Shown here piece by piece: positions 26,423 through 36,181 of a stretch of 53,371 nt of DNA (position 1 is its first letter; every line of letters starts with the position of its first letter). The stretch covers positions 1 through 53,371 of IMG/VR virus record IMGVR_UViG_3300020473_000702; one strand, 5' to 3'. The DNA comes from a virus. Lineage: Duplodnaviria; Caudoviricetes. The notes beneath the pieces were generated by a model, which was not told where the DNA came from, made no database searches, and was given only the letters and a program-made list of their open reading frames with translations. Made by a program: the position numbers and the translations under genes.

Positions 26423-26429
26423 CTAAATA
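26423..26429 (+). promoter_or_regulatory. Late promoter-like motif for the fibre island
   Basis: CTAAATA directly after the terminator, upstream of ATG 26455. Confidence 0.55.
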
Positions 26430-26454
26430 CATAAGATAGTACTATGGCTACGGT

Positions 26455-29400
26455 ATGTCTAGAGCAAGAGTTGACCAAATAGTCAATCAGTTAGGAACTG
26501 GATCGGTTGAATTCCCAGAGGGTTTACAAGTTTCTGCTGGAAAAACATTAAAGATTGGTGGACCTGTAGAAGCTTATGGAGGAACTACAGGAACTGCTGG
26601 TCAAATTTTAAAAGCTGGGAACAACTCAGAACTGGTATGGGGTGATAGTGATAGCGTAACTCTTGCTGCTGGTGATGGACCTAATGCAAATCAAAAGGTT
26701 ATTAACCTTACACAAAGTGGTACTGCTGGACAGCAACAGATAGTATTCAGAGCTGGTAGTAATGTAACTCTTACTCGTAGTGTTAATGAAATTATAATTG
26801 ACTCATCATTTGTTAATGATAACACCGTTACTAGACTACAGGCTAGTGGCGGTACTTTAGTATCTGGTGATATAGTTTTCACAGGAGTTGATGCTACAAC
26901 AGTAGCACAGACTGGTCAAACAATTCAGATAGGATCTACTGATACAACATACACTGCTGGAACAGGTATAACTCTTACTGATCTACAGTTTTCTATAGCA
27001 CAGGAAATAGAAACTACATCTACACCTACCTTTGCTTCTCTAACATTAACAGGTAACATTGGTGCAGTAGATGGAAACTTTAGTGGTGATGTTTCAGGTA
27101 CTTGGACTGGTGGTACTATACCTATTGATAAGGGTGGTACTGGTAACACCACAGCATCAGCAGCATTCTTAGGACTTGCTCCTTCCGTTGGTGCTCATAC
27201 TAATAGATTTTTGAAGACAGATGGTAGTAGTATATTCTGGTCAGATCTACCTGCGAGTGGTGGATTTACTCCAAAGACATATGACTTAACTGGTGAAGCT
27301 GGTGGATCATCAAACACCGCTAAGATAAGACTGACTGATAATGATGGTTTAACTGATGATGTAACTCTTGTTGGGCAGAATGATATTACAATCACACGTT
27401 CTGGTAACACTATAAATTTTGGTTCTAGTTTTACTGATAATAATGATAACGATTATGTAGATACTGCTACTCTTACTGGTACAAATTTAGTTTTAGGTAG
27501 AACAGGAGCACTAGCAGATCTCACAGTTGATCTATCATCATTAGGTGGTGGAGGTGGTGGTGGAAGTGATACTGATAGTACCTATGATTTGGATACACAG
27601 GCTACCTCTGGTGGTGTTGCTATTAGATTAGTACCTGGTGGTGATGCTCTTGGTGATCCTATTGATGAAGCAAAAATAATTGGTGGTGCTAACGCAACGG
27701 TTACTAGAGAAGCTAATGGTAATATTACTATAGCTGCTACTGATACAGACACTGATACTATCACAAGGTTGAGGATAACTGGACCAGGAACTACTGGAGG
27801 AGCATATGCTTCTGGTGATATATCATTGCAAGCTAGTGGATCAGTTAGCATGGTTCAGTCTGGTAATACTATTGCTATCACTGCTGATAATAGTAACAGT
27901 TATGTTGATAACGCATACTATAATGCTATAACTGGAGGATTAACTATAGAGAGAACTGATTCGTTACAGGATATTAATGTTCCTGTATCTAATCTACAAG
28001 CGTATCTTGATACTAGGTACGTTACATCAGGTGGTCTTGCAGATGCTAAGATAACTTCTGCAACCTTTAGTTCTAATACTGGTAACCTTACTCTTACTCC
28101 TAATGATGGAACTGGATCTATAGTAGTCAACCTTGACGGACGTTATGTAACAAGTACAGGTGATAATAATTATGTTACTAGTGGTTCATGGCCAGCTGCT
28201 TCTAGTAATCCACCAGGATTCCATGTATCAAGACCAATATTGAGATTAGGTAGGAACGATGGTGTCAATGTAGATATTGAAACAGAAGACTTATATGATT
28301 ATCTTGATGGATTATATGCACCAATTACTGCTAGTGATACTAAAGTAGATAATTTCTCCTTCACTGATGGTAATTTATATCTTTCTGTTAGTGATGGAAC
28401 TAACTACACATACAATCTTGATAACAGATATACAACACATCAAGATTACATAGATACTGCTACTTTTAATACTACTGATGGTGTACTTACATTAACACAG
28501 CAGACAGAAGGTGGTCTTGGTGGTACAACAAGACCAGATATTACTGTTGATTTGGATGGTAGATATAAACTTGCTACTGCTCAAGACGTATCAATTAGTT
28601 CACTGTCTTGGGATGGAAGTGCTGGTACTATCAAAGCTATTAAGAGTGATAGTACTCAAACTGCAAACTGTAATATTGATGGTAGGTATGTTGATACAGT
28701 AAGCTTTAGTGGTGGTGTATTTACTTTCGGTAGAAACAATGGAACTACTACAACAGTAAATCTTCCTGAAGGTAGGGTTGATATTCCTACTGGTACTTCT
28801 ATGTTATTCGCACAGGCTTCAGCACCTGTTGGTTGGGTTAAGTCTACATCGCATAACAATAAAGCACTTAGACTTGTAAATGGTGCTGGTGGTGGTAGTG
28901 GTGGACAGATGGATTTCACTACTGCATTCTCATCTAATATATCTACAGGAGGTAGTATTGATTCTTCAGGTTTAGGTATTAATGGTAGTGTAACATCAGG
29001 ATGGGGTTCTGGAAGTCTTGATTCGGATGGACTCGGTATAAGTGGTTCTCCTGATGGAGGTTATGGATCTGGTGGTGGTATTAATACTTCTGGTCTTAAT
29101 ATTTCTGGTAATCCAGACGTTAACATGGGCAACATCTCATTCAACTCTGGAAACATGAAAGCATATCCAGGTAACCTGTATGCTAGAGCTCATTCTACTA
29201 GCATAAGTCAGATGCCTTATCACGGACACAACTATATTGAAGGAAGACATGAAAGGAGAGGAAACGCTACCGATGATGGTAGAGCACATGTTCTATCCTA
29301 TCATGTAATGGTTCAAACTGGTGGTACTGGATCTGGTAGTGCTCATGGACACTACATAGATGGATATGGTAACGTCTCTGGTAATCCAGGATATAGTGGA

Positions 29401-29628
29401 TCTCTTAGTGCAAGTTCTGGTGATCTTGGTATAGGTGGTAGTGCAAATGTAAACTTCCCTTCTATATCAATTGGTGCAGGTGACTTAGGTATAAGTGGAT
29501 CTGTAACTGATAATCGTGCTATTACCTCATCATTTAATGGTAGTATTAATGGTAATGTTGGATTTACTGCTGGTAATATTGCCTTGAATGTTTCTTATGT
29601 TGATGTTATAATATGTACGAGGACATAA
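26455..29628 (+). CDS. Tail fibre protein with collar-like domain
   Basis: G/T/S-rich; repeated (V/L)DLDGRY units; IPTGTSMLFAQASAPVGWVK collar; C-terminal YVDVIIC. Confidence 0.85.
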   Translation: MSRARVDQIVNQLGTGSVEFPEGLQVSAGKTLKIGGPVEAYGGTTGTAGQILKAGNNSELVWGDSDSVTLAAGDGPNANQKVINLTQSGTAGQQQIVFRAGSNVTLTRSVNEIIIDSSFVNDNTVTRLQASGGTLVSGDIVFTGVDATTVAQTGQTIQIGSTDTTYTAGTGITLTDLQFSIAQEIETTSTPTFASLTLTGNIGAVDGNFSGDVSGTWTGGTIPIDKGGTGNTTASAAFLGLAPSVGAHTNRFLKTDGSSIFWSDLPASGGFTPKTYDLTGEAGGSSNTAKIRLTDNDGLTDDVTLVGQNDITITRSGNTINFGSSFTDNNDNDYVDTATLTGTNLVLGRTGALADLTVDLSSLGGGGGGGSDTDSTYDLDTQATSGGVAIRLVPGGDALGDPIDEAKIIGGANATVTREANGNITIAATDTDTDTITRLRITGPGTTGGAYASGDISLQASGSVSMVQSGNTIAITADNSNSYVDNAYYNAITGGLTIERTDSLQDINVPVSNLQAYLDTRYVTSGGLADAKITSATFSSNTGNLTLTPNDGTGSIVVNLDGRYVTSTGDNNYVTSGSWPAASSNPPGFHVSRPILRLGRNDGVNVDIETEDLYDYLDGLYAPITASDTKVDNFSFTDGNLYLSVSDGTNYTYNLDNRYTTHQDYIDTATFNTTDGVLTLTQQTEGGLGGTTRPDITVDLDGRYKLATAQDVSISSLSWDGSAGTIKAIKSDSTQTANCNIDGRYVDTVSFSGGVFTFGRNNGTTTTVNLPEGRVDIPTGTSMLFAQASAPVGWVKSTSHNNKALRLVNGAGGGSGGQMDFTTAFSSNISTGGSIDSSGLGINGSVTSGWGSGSLDSDGLGISGSPDGGYGSGGGINTSGLNISGNPDVNMGNISFNSGNMKAYPGNLYARAHSTSISQMPYHGHNYIEGRHERRGNATDDGRAHVLSYHVMVQTGGTGSGSAHGHYIDGYGNVSGNPGYSGSLSASSGDLGIGGSANVNFPSISIGAGDLGISGSVTDNRAITSSFNGSINGNVGFTAGNIALNVSYVDVIICTRT

Positions 29629-29634
29629 CTTAAT

Positions 29635-29964
29635 ATGAAATTAGAATCTGGTGATTACTGCCCACTAATCGGTGGTCCTTGTAAGAAATGGGAATGTAAG
29701 TGGTTCATACAGTTGAGGGGTACTCATCCTCAGACAGGTGAAGAACTTGATGAATGGGATTGTTCTATTAGTATGTTACCTATGCTTATCATTGAAGCAT
29801 CCAGTCAAGCAAGACAGGCTGGTGCTGCTGTAGAGAGCTTTAGGAATGTTAGTTATGAACAGACACAGGAACTGACTAAGGTCATGATACAAGCACAAGA
29901 AATTGTACCTGCTATCTTATCAGAAACTCTAAATAATAAAGGTATCATTGAAAGCGGTAAATGA
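29635..29964 (+). CDS. Fibre-associated conserved protein (Cys-rich N-terminus)
   Basis: CPL...C...C.WF..LRG.HPQTG...W.C...AAVESFRN. Confidence 0.7.
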   Translation: MKLESGDYCPLIGGPCKKWECKWFIQLRGTHPQTGEELDEWDCSISMLPMLIIEASSQARQAGAAVESFRNVSYEQTQELTKVMIQAQEIVPAILSETLNNKGIIESGK

Positions 29965-30578
29965 AATTCTCTATTATAGTTGGTCAAGACATTACTGATG
30001 GAACAGTCAGTTGTGATGGTAAGACATATGGTGAGAGAGATTTTACCAGCAATGCACCAACAGATAAGTGGGAGCATGTTTGGGCTATACATTACGACTC
30101 TGTTAATAATGTTAATTTTATTGAGTGGAAGCAATCTAAACCTGAAGGTAGAGAAGCTTCTACTGAGATGTCTGATGAATTGAGAGACTATTACAATGCA
30201 TGGGCTCGTGCTGAGTGTGAAAAGATAGAAACAGAAATAGCAGCAGCAACACAAGCACAGCAGGATAAAGAAGATAGCGAATACTTAACTGAATGGGATA
30301 ACTGGGGAACTATTGCTGAAAGAAAACAAGCTAGAAGTATGAGAGATGATTTGTTGGAAGTAACAGACCATCATGAATATATTACAAGCCTTAAAAATGA
30401 TGAGTGGGATACTTTTAGACAGTGGGTTAGAGATTTACCAGCAACATTCGCTTCACCATTAGATATTACATTTGAAAACCTACCGTCAGGATACAATACA
30501 AATGTGTTTGGATGCTATGAATCATTCAAATCTGCGGTTCAAAAGGGAAAAGATATAAAGGCACGATTCTCTGGTTGA
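29961..30578 (+). CDS. Putative tail fibre assembly chaperone
   Basis: C-terminal R..RD.LL..TD...W..FRQ.VRDLP motif typical of fibre chaperones. Confidence 0.65.
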   Translation: MKFSIIVGQDITDGTVSCDGKTYGERDFTSNAPTDKWEHVWAIHYDSVNNVNFIEWKQSKPEGREASTEMSDELRDYYNAWARAECEKIETEIAAATQAQQDKEDSEYLTEWDNWGTIAERKQARSMRDDLLEVTDHHEYITSLKNDEWDTFRQWVRDLPATFASPLDITFENLPSGYNTNVFGCYESFKSAVQKGKDIKARFSG

Positions 30579-30584
30579 TAAATA
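30578..30584 (+). promoter_or_regulatory. Late promoter-like motif
   Basis: ATAAATA upstream of ATG 30614. Confidence 0.55.
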
Positions 30585-30613
30585 CCTTTGATGCTGTGAT
30601 AAGGCGGTAAATA

Positions 30614-33600
30614 ATGTCCAGAATTAGAGTAAACGAACTCATCAATCAAGGTGGTAGTGGTCCTACCCTTGCAGTCGAAGGTCTTAAGATACCTAGCACT
30701 AAAAATTTAGAAATTGATGGTTCTATTATTCTTAATAGTAACCCAGGATTATCAGGCCAAGTTTTAGGAAGAGGTTCTACAGGACTAGAGTGGTTCAGTA
30801 TTTCCACAACAGATAGTAACACAACTTACGTAGTGTCTGCTGTTGATGGAGTTAATCCAGTAACAGATAAAGTAATTAAATTAACTGCAGGTGGATCAGG
30901 TGGATCAAACTCTGAAGTAGTTCTTGTTGCAGGTTCAAACATAGCTTTATCCAGAGATGGATCTAGGATTACCATTGATGGCAATTTCACAGATACTGAT
31001 ACAGTAACGAAGATAGGTGCTAATGGTACAGGTTATACTGATGGAGATGTATCTATTATTGGTAGCGGTGCTACTAATATTACTCAAAGCGGTAGAACGA
31101 TCACCGTAAATTCAACTGATACAAACACAACATATACAGGAGCTAATGGTGTAACCATTAATTCTGAAAATCAGATTCAGATTGGACAGCCAGTAGGAAC
31201 AACTGACTCTGTAACATTTAACTCTCTTGTAATATCAGGTAATCTTACAGTACAGGGAACGACAACGTACTCTAATGTTACCACTGTTACTACAACAGAT
31301 AAGTTCATATTTTTAAATGATGTCCTCGCCCCTTCAGATAGTATAGCTGATGGTGGTGGTATAAAATTAAAAGGAACTACCGAGCACACTATTCTCTGGG
31401 ATAATAGTGAGGATGCTTGGAAGTCCTCAGAGAACTGGGATCTATCTATAGGTAAGGAATATAAGATCAATGGAATCAGTGTAATAGATTCTACTGGTCT
31501 TGGTAATACTGTAGTAAATTCTAGTCTTACTGGTGTTGGTGCATTAACAACTGGTATTTGGAATGCTAATACTATAGGTATAGCATATGGTGGTACTGGT
31601 GCTACCACAGCGTCAGCAGCAATCACGGCATTGTTACCTGCTCAAGCAGGTAATTCTGGTAGATATCTTACAACAGATGGTAACACATCTAGTTGGGGTC
31701 AGATACCCTCACTGTATGCAGGATGGGCAATAGCAGATGCTACTGTAAATGTTACTATTGCTAGTAATGATATTCTACAAGTAGTAGGTACTGGTGCTAC
31801 TACAGTTAACCTTGATAATACCAATAAGAAATTAACTGTTGACTCTGCAGATACTTTATACTATCTGACTGTAGAGAATGATACACAAGCTAGCACAAAG
31901 ATTGTTCGTTTAACTGATAGTAATTCTAATGCAGAGGAGTTTAAATTAACTGCTGGTACTGGTGTTACTCTTACTAGAGGTGGTGCAAATAACAATGAGT
32001 TAACTTTCTCTGTTGCACAAGACTTAAGTGCTGCTGCAACTCCTACATTTGCTGGTCTTAATGTAACTGGTACATTAGATGCTAATGCATACACTGGTAA
32101 TGCAGATCAGTTATCAGGATTAACAGGAGCAACTTCGGGAACTTATGGTAGTGCTAATACTATACCTATTATTACTGTAAGTCCAACAGGAAGAATAACA
32201 AATATTGCTACTACTTCTGTCTCTGGAGGAGGTGGAGGTGGTACTCCTAATGCTGGTGGAGTAACAGGATCAATACAGTATAATTCTGGTGGTGGTTTTG
32301 CTGGAACTACCAAATTATTATGGGAACCTGGTGGTGGTGAGCTTAGAGTAGATGGTTATATTAATACAGATAATATTGTATCTGCTGCTGGTAATATAAC
32401 TTCTCTTAACATAATAGATTCACTTAAGTTACCTAGTAAGACAACCAGTGAAAGAGATGCATTGAATGTACTCAATGGTACTTTGGTCTATAACAATAGT
32501 TTAAACCAAGTTGAGATGTATCAGGATGGAACTTGGATTCAACTAGGACAGCAAGTAAGTCAAGCAAGTATAGGTGATCTTAGTGATGTAGATACAGAAA
32601 CACTTACGGTAGGACATATACTTAAGTGGGATGGTACTAAATGGTCAGCAGTAGCTGATCATGGTGAAGGTGGTGGAGGTGGAGGTGGTAATGCAGACTT
32701 ATCTCAACTCTCTGTATACACTTTAAATCCTTCAGGTGGTGGTGGATTAACATACAGTCCTTCTAATGGTATATTCACATATGCACCACCAGATCTTAGT
32801 GTTTACCTAACATCATATGAGGAGACTGATCCAGTCTTTGTTGCTTCTGCTGCATATAATATAACTAATGTTCAAACTGCTAACTGGAGTGCTGCATATC
32901 AATGGGGTAATCATGCTAACCAAGGATATCTAACAAATATTTTAAGTGAGAATCTTTCTGATCTGTTTGATGTATCTAATGCTGTACCTTCAGATGGACA
33001 GGTTCTTAAGTGGAGTTCAGCACAGAATAAATGGGCTCCTGGATCTGATCTATCAGGTGGTGGTGGAATTGTAGGTGGATTGACTGCCTTCTCTGTATCT
33101 ACAGGATCACCTGCTTCAGGTGGTGGTAGTTTATCTTATGATAATAATGGTACGTTTACTTTCACACCTGCTGATGTATTTAATGGAGACTATAACAGTT
33201 TAACTAACACACCATCATTGTTTGATGGTACATGGAATTCTCTAACTGGTAAGCCTGCTGTACCATCTACATTAGGTACTATAACAAATGTATCTACTTC
33301 AGTTGATAGTGCTGCTGATGGTAAGGTATTAGCATGGAGTGATAATGATGGACTATGGGTTCCAACTACTATGGCTGCTGCGTCAGGTAGTGATAACTTA
33401 GATGATGTAACAGATAGAGGTAATCAGACTACTAATACTCTTGTTGTTGGTGGTGTTGATGTATCTAATGATGGTACATTGAATGGTGCTTTATCACTTA
33501 TTGATACTGGATCTCACTCGGAGATTAGATTCAGAGCAAATAGTGATACCAGTGTACAGGGAACTATCAAGGGTGAAGAAAGTGATATGTTCATCACCAC

Positions 33601-36151
33601 TGCTAATGGATACGTTAGCATCAATACTTACGCTAGGATATATTCTAATGGTAATGTAGAATTTAATAATGGTAATAATGGTACGTTTAAGGTTAGTGGT
33701 TTAACCTACCCTGCGGCTGACGGGAATCCAGGACAGGTCATGACCACAAATGGGTCGGGTGTTATTAGTTTCACCAACCTTGCTTCAGCTCCAACATCAT
33801 CAGACATACATGATGTTAGTACTAATGGTTCTACTACCAGTAATGTTATTACTGTTGGTGGGTTAGATCTTACAGGTGTGAATCATAAGTTAAGGTTCGG
33901 TCCTTCTCAGACCTTACAGATCTATCATGATACTACAGTAGATCAGATAGTAGGTAACACAGTTGATCTATCATTGAGGACTGTTAACTCTGATCTATTG
34001 ATAGGTTCTACTGGTGGTATAACAAAGATTACTAATGGTGGTGGTGCTAGTGGAGATCTATTAGCACAGTTTGTTAATGGTGGTACAGTTGAGCTCTACC
34101 ATAATGGAACAAAGCGTTTGGAAACCACTGCGACTGGAGTGACGATTTCGAGTGCTCTAGATGTTGGTTCTTTAACCATTGGTGGACAAGGATTTAGGAC
34201 AAGAGATCTTGCTGATGTATCTACTGCTGCTCCTTCACAAGGTCAGATACTGAAGTGGAATGCAAACACAAATCTATATGAACCAGCGTCTGACCTTACT
34301 TCTAGTGGTGGAGGTGGTATAAACCTAACAGATCTATCTGTTAGTACCGTAACAGCAAATGGAGGTGGTGGGTTATCATATAATGCTAACACTGGTGTAT
34401 TTGAATTTACTCCTGCTGTTGTTTCTGCTGCAGACACTCTTGATAATGTTGCTCAAAGAGGTAACACTACTACAACTTCTATCACTGCTCATGGTATTTC
34501 TAGTACCAATGATATTACTGTAGGTGATAGTATCTACCTTAAGATGGGTTCTTCACAGGATTTACAGATCAATCATAGTGGATCTGCTAATATCATTAGT
34601 AGTCCAGGTGGACATCCATTAAGAATTACTGAGAGTGGTGGTAACAGAGCAATTTTCAATGAGTCAGGTTCAGTTGAGTTGTTCTGGAATAAAGTCAAGA
34701 AATTTGAGACTAGTTCATCTGGAATTACAATTAGTGGTGAGATTACTACTACTGGTGGAAACTCAACTAATTGGAATACAGCACATGGATGGGGTAACCA
34801 TGCTAGTGCTGGATATTTAACTGGTTTGAGTGCTAGTTCCCTTAATGATCTATCAGATGTTTCAACAGCATCACCTGGTGCTGGTCAGATATTACAGTAC
34901 AATAGTGCTACATTGAAATGGGAAGCAGCAGATCAGGTGATACCACCTAGCGGTGTTGAGAAGGGTATGATTATAATCTGGTCTGGATCGATCAGTAACA
35001 TACCAGATGGTTGGGCATTGTGTGATGGTTCTGTAGTTAATGGAGAACAGACTCCTGATCTAAGAGATAGGTTTGTTGTTGGTGCTTCCATAGGAACTGG
35101 TAATGTAGGTGAAACATATTCTGTTGGTGATAGTGGTGGTAATGATTTAATAACTCTCACTGAGACTCAGTTACCTTCTCATGCTCATGGGTTGAATGAT
35201 CCTGGACATTCACACACTGCAACTGGACAACATGGACATAGTGTTACTGATAGTGGACATAATCATGACGTAAGTGATAATGGTCACTCTCATAGTTGGA
35301 GTGGTAGTGGATCATCAAGTTCACATAGTCACAACTTCAGTACTGGATCTAGTCAGGGTTCTCACTCTCACTCTATGAGTGGTAGTGTTAGTGGAAACAC
35401 AGGTAGTGGTGGAAATCATGGTCATAGTGTAAGTGATCCTGGACACCAACATACAACTGCTATACCTTCTGGAAGTACAGGTGTTGATACTGATAGTCAT
35501 GGAGCTGATACTACTGTTGTTTCTGGTTCTTCTATAAATTCATCGTGGGCTTCTAATACTGGTATAAGTATTAGTTCTGGTGGTGGCCACAGTCACAGTT
35601 TCTATGGAAATGTTGGTGGTAACACAGGTAGTGCTGGTGGACATACTCATAGTGGTACTACAGGTAGTGCAAGTCCATCTGTTTCTGTATCAGGATCTGT
35701 TGGTAGTTCCAACTCTAGTTTAACTGTAGACAGTGGTGTAGCTGCTATCTCTATAGATTCCACAAACTTAAGTCTTGGTTGTGATACTCAAACTACTGGT
35801 GCTACTGTTCTAAGTACAGGTGGTGCTGGAAACATAGACATTAGACCAAAATATTATGCTCTCTGCTACATCATGAAGGTCTCCAGTGGTTCTGGTAGTG
35901 GTGGTAGTGGTGGTGGTGCTAATGTATCTACTGATGATACTGCTCCAGCAACAGCAACTGATGGAGATTTATGGTGGGATTCAACTGATGGTACACTCAA
36001 GATCTACTACCAAGATCCTGATTCATCACAGTGGGTCTCTGCAACACCACCATTATCTCAAGAGGATTATATTAAATTAAGTGATTTGAAGACTGTCGTT
36101 GCAGCATCTAGTGATTTCGCTGATTTCCAAACAAGAATAGCAGCCCTATAG
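30614..36151 (+). CDS. Long tail fibre protein with collar domain and His-x-His needle
   Basis: 1845 aa; GMIIIWSG.I..IPDGWALCDG...TPDLRDRFVVGA collar; 11 HxH motifs; PKYYALCYIMK; C-terminal GDLWW module. Confidence 0.88.
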   Translation: MSRIRVNELINQGGSGPTLAVEGLKIPSTKNLEIDGSIILNSNPGLSGQVLGRGSTGLEWFSISTTDSNTTYVVSAVDGVNPVTDKVIKLTAGGSGGSNSEVVLVAGSNIALSRDGSRITIDGNFTDTDTVTKIGANGTGYTDGDVSIIGSGATNITQSGRTITVNSTDTNTTYTGANGVTINSENQIQIGQPVGTTDSVTFNSLVISGNLTVQGTTTYSNVTTVTTTDKFIFLNDVLAPSDSIADGGGIKLKGTTEHTILWDNSEDAWKSSENWDLSIGKEYKINGISVIDSTGLGNTVVNSSLTGVGALTTGIWNANTIGIAYGGTGATTASAAITALLPAQAGNSGRYLTTDGNTSSWGQIPSLYAGWAIADATVNVTIASNDILQVVGTGATTVNLDNTNKKLTVDSADTLYYLTVENDTQASTKIVRLTDSNSNAEEFKLTAGTGVTLTRGGANNNELTFSVAQDLSAAATPTFAGLNVTGTLDANAYTGNADQLSGLTGATSGTYGSANTIPIITVSPTGRITNIATTSVSGGGGGGTPNAGGVTGSIQYNSGGGFAGTTKLLWEPGGGELRVDGYINTDNIVSAAGNITSLNIIDSLKLPSKTTSERDALNVLNGTLVYNNSLNQVEMYQDGTWIQLGQQVSQASIGDLSDVDTETLTVGHILKWDGTKWSAVADHGEGGGGGGGNADLSQLSVYTLNPSGGGGLTYSPSNGIFTYAPPDLSVYLTSYEETDPVFVASAAYNITNVQTANWSAAYQWGNHANQGYLTNILSENLSDLFDVSNAVPSDGQVLKWSSAQNKWAPGSDLSGGGGIVGGLTAFSVSTGSPASGGGSLSYDNNGTFTFTPADVFNGDYNSLTNTPSLFDGTWNSLTGKPAVPSTLGTITNVSTSVDSAADGKVLAWSDNDGLWVPTTMAAASGSDNLDDVTDRGNQTTNTLVVGGVDVSNDGTLNGALSLIDTGSHSEIRFRANSDTSVQGTIKGEESDMFITTANGYVSINTYARIYSNGNVEFNNGNNGTFKVSGLTYPAADGNPGQVMTTNGSGVISFTNLASAPTSSDIHDVSTNGSTTSNVITVGGLDLTGVNHKLRFGPSQTLQIYHDTTVDQIVGNTVDLSLRTVNSDLLIGSTGGITKITNGGGASGDLLAQFVNGGTVELYHNGTKRLETTATGVTISSALDVGSLTIGGQGFRTRDLADVSTAAPSQGQILKWNANTNLYEPASDLTSSGGGGINLTDLSVSTVTANGGGGLSYNANTGVFEFTPAVVSAADTLDNVAQRGNTTTTSITAHGISSTNDITVGDSIYLKMGSSQDLQINHSGSANIISSPGGHPLRITESGGNRAIFNESGSVELFWNKVKKFETSSSGITISGEITTTGGNSTNWNTAHGWGNHASAGYLTGLSASSLNDLSDVSTASPGAGQILQYNSATLKWEAADQVIPPSGVEKGMIIIWSGSISNIPDGWALCDGSVVNGEQTPDLRDRFVVGASIGTGNVGETYSVGDSGGNDLITLTETQLPSHAHGLNDPGHSHTATGQHGHSVTDSGHNHDVSDNGHSHSWSGSGSSSSHSHNFSTGSSQGSHSHSMSGSVSGNTGSGGNHGHSVSDPGHQHTTAIPSGSTGVDTDSHGADTTVVSGSSINSSWASNTGISISSGGGHSHSFYGNVGGNTGSAGGHTHSGTTGSASPSVSVSGSVGSSNSSLTVDSGVAAISIDSTNLSLGCDTQTTGATVLSTGGAGNIDIRPKYYALCYIMKVSSGSGSGGSGGGANVSTDDTAPATATDGDLWWDSTDGTLKIYYQDPDSSQWVSATPPLSQEDYIKLSDLKTVVAASSDFADFQTRIAAL
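32822..32862 (+). repeat. 41-nt exact direct repeat, copy 1
   Basis: GAGACTGATCCAGTCTTTGTTGCTTCTGCTGCATATAATAT, identical to 37229-37269. Confidence 0.85.
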
Positions 36152-36152
36152 G

Positions 36153-36159
36153 ATAAATA
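36153..36159 (+). promoter_or_regulatory. Late promoter-like motif
   Basis: ATAAATA, then AAGGAG SD before ATG 36182. Confidence 0.6.
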
Positions 36160-36181
36160 AACTGGAAGGAGTAATCTAAGC

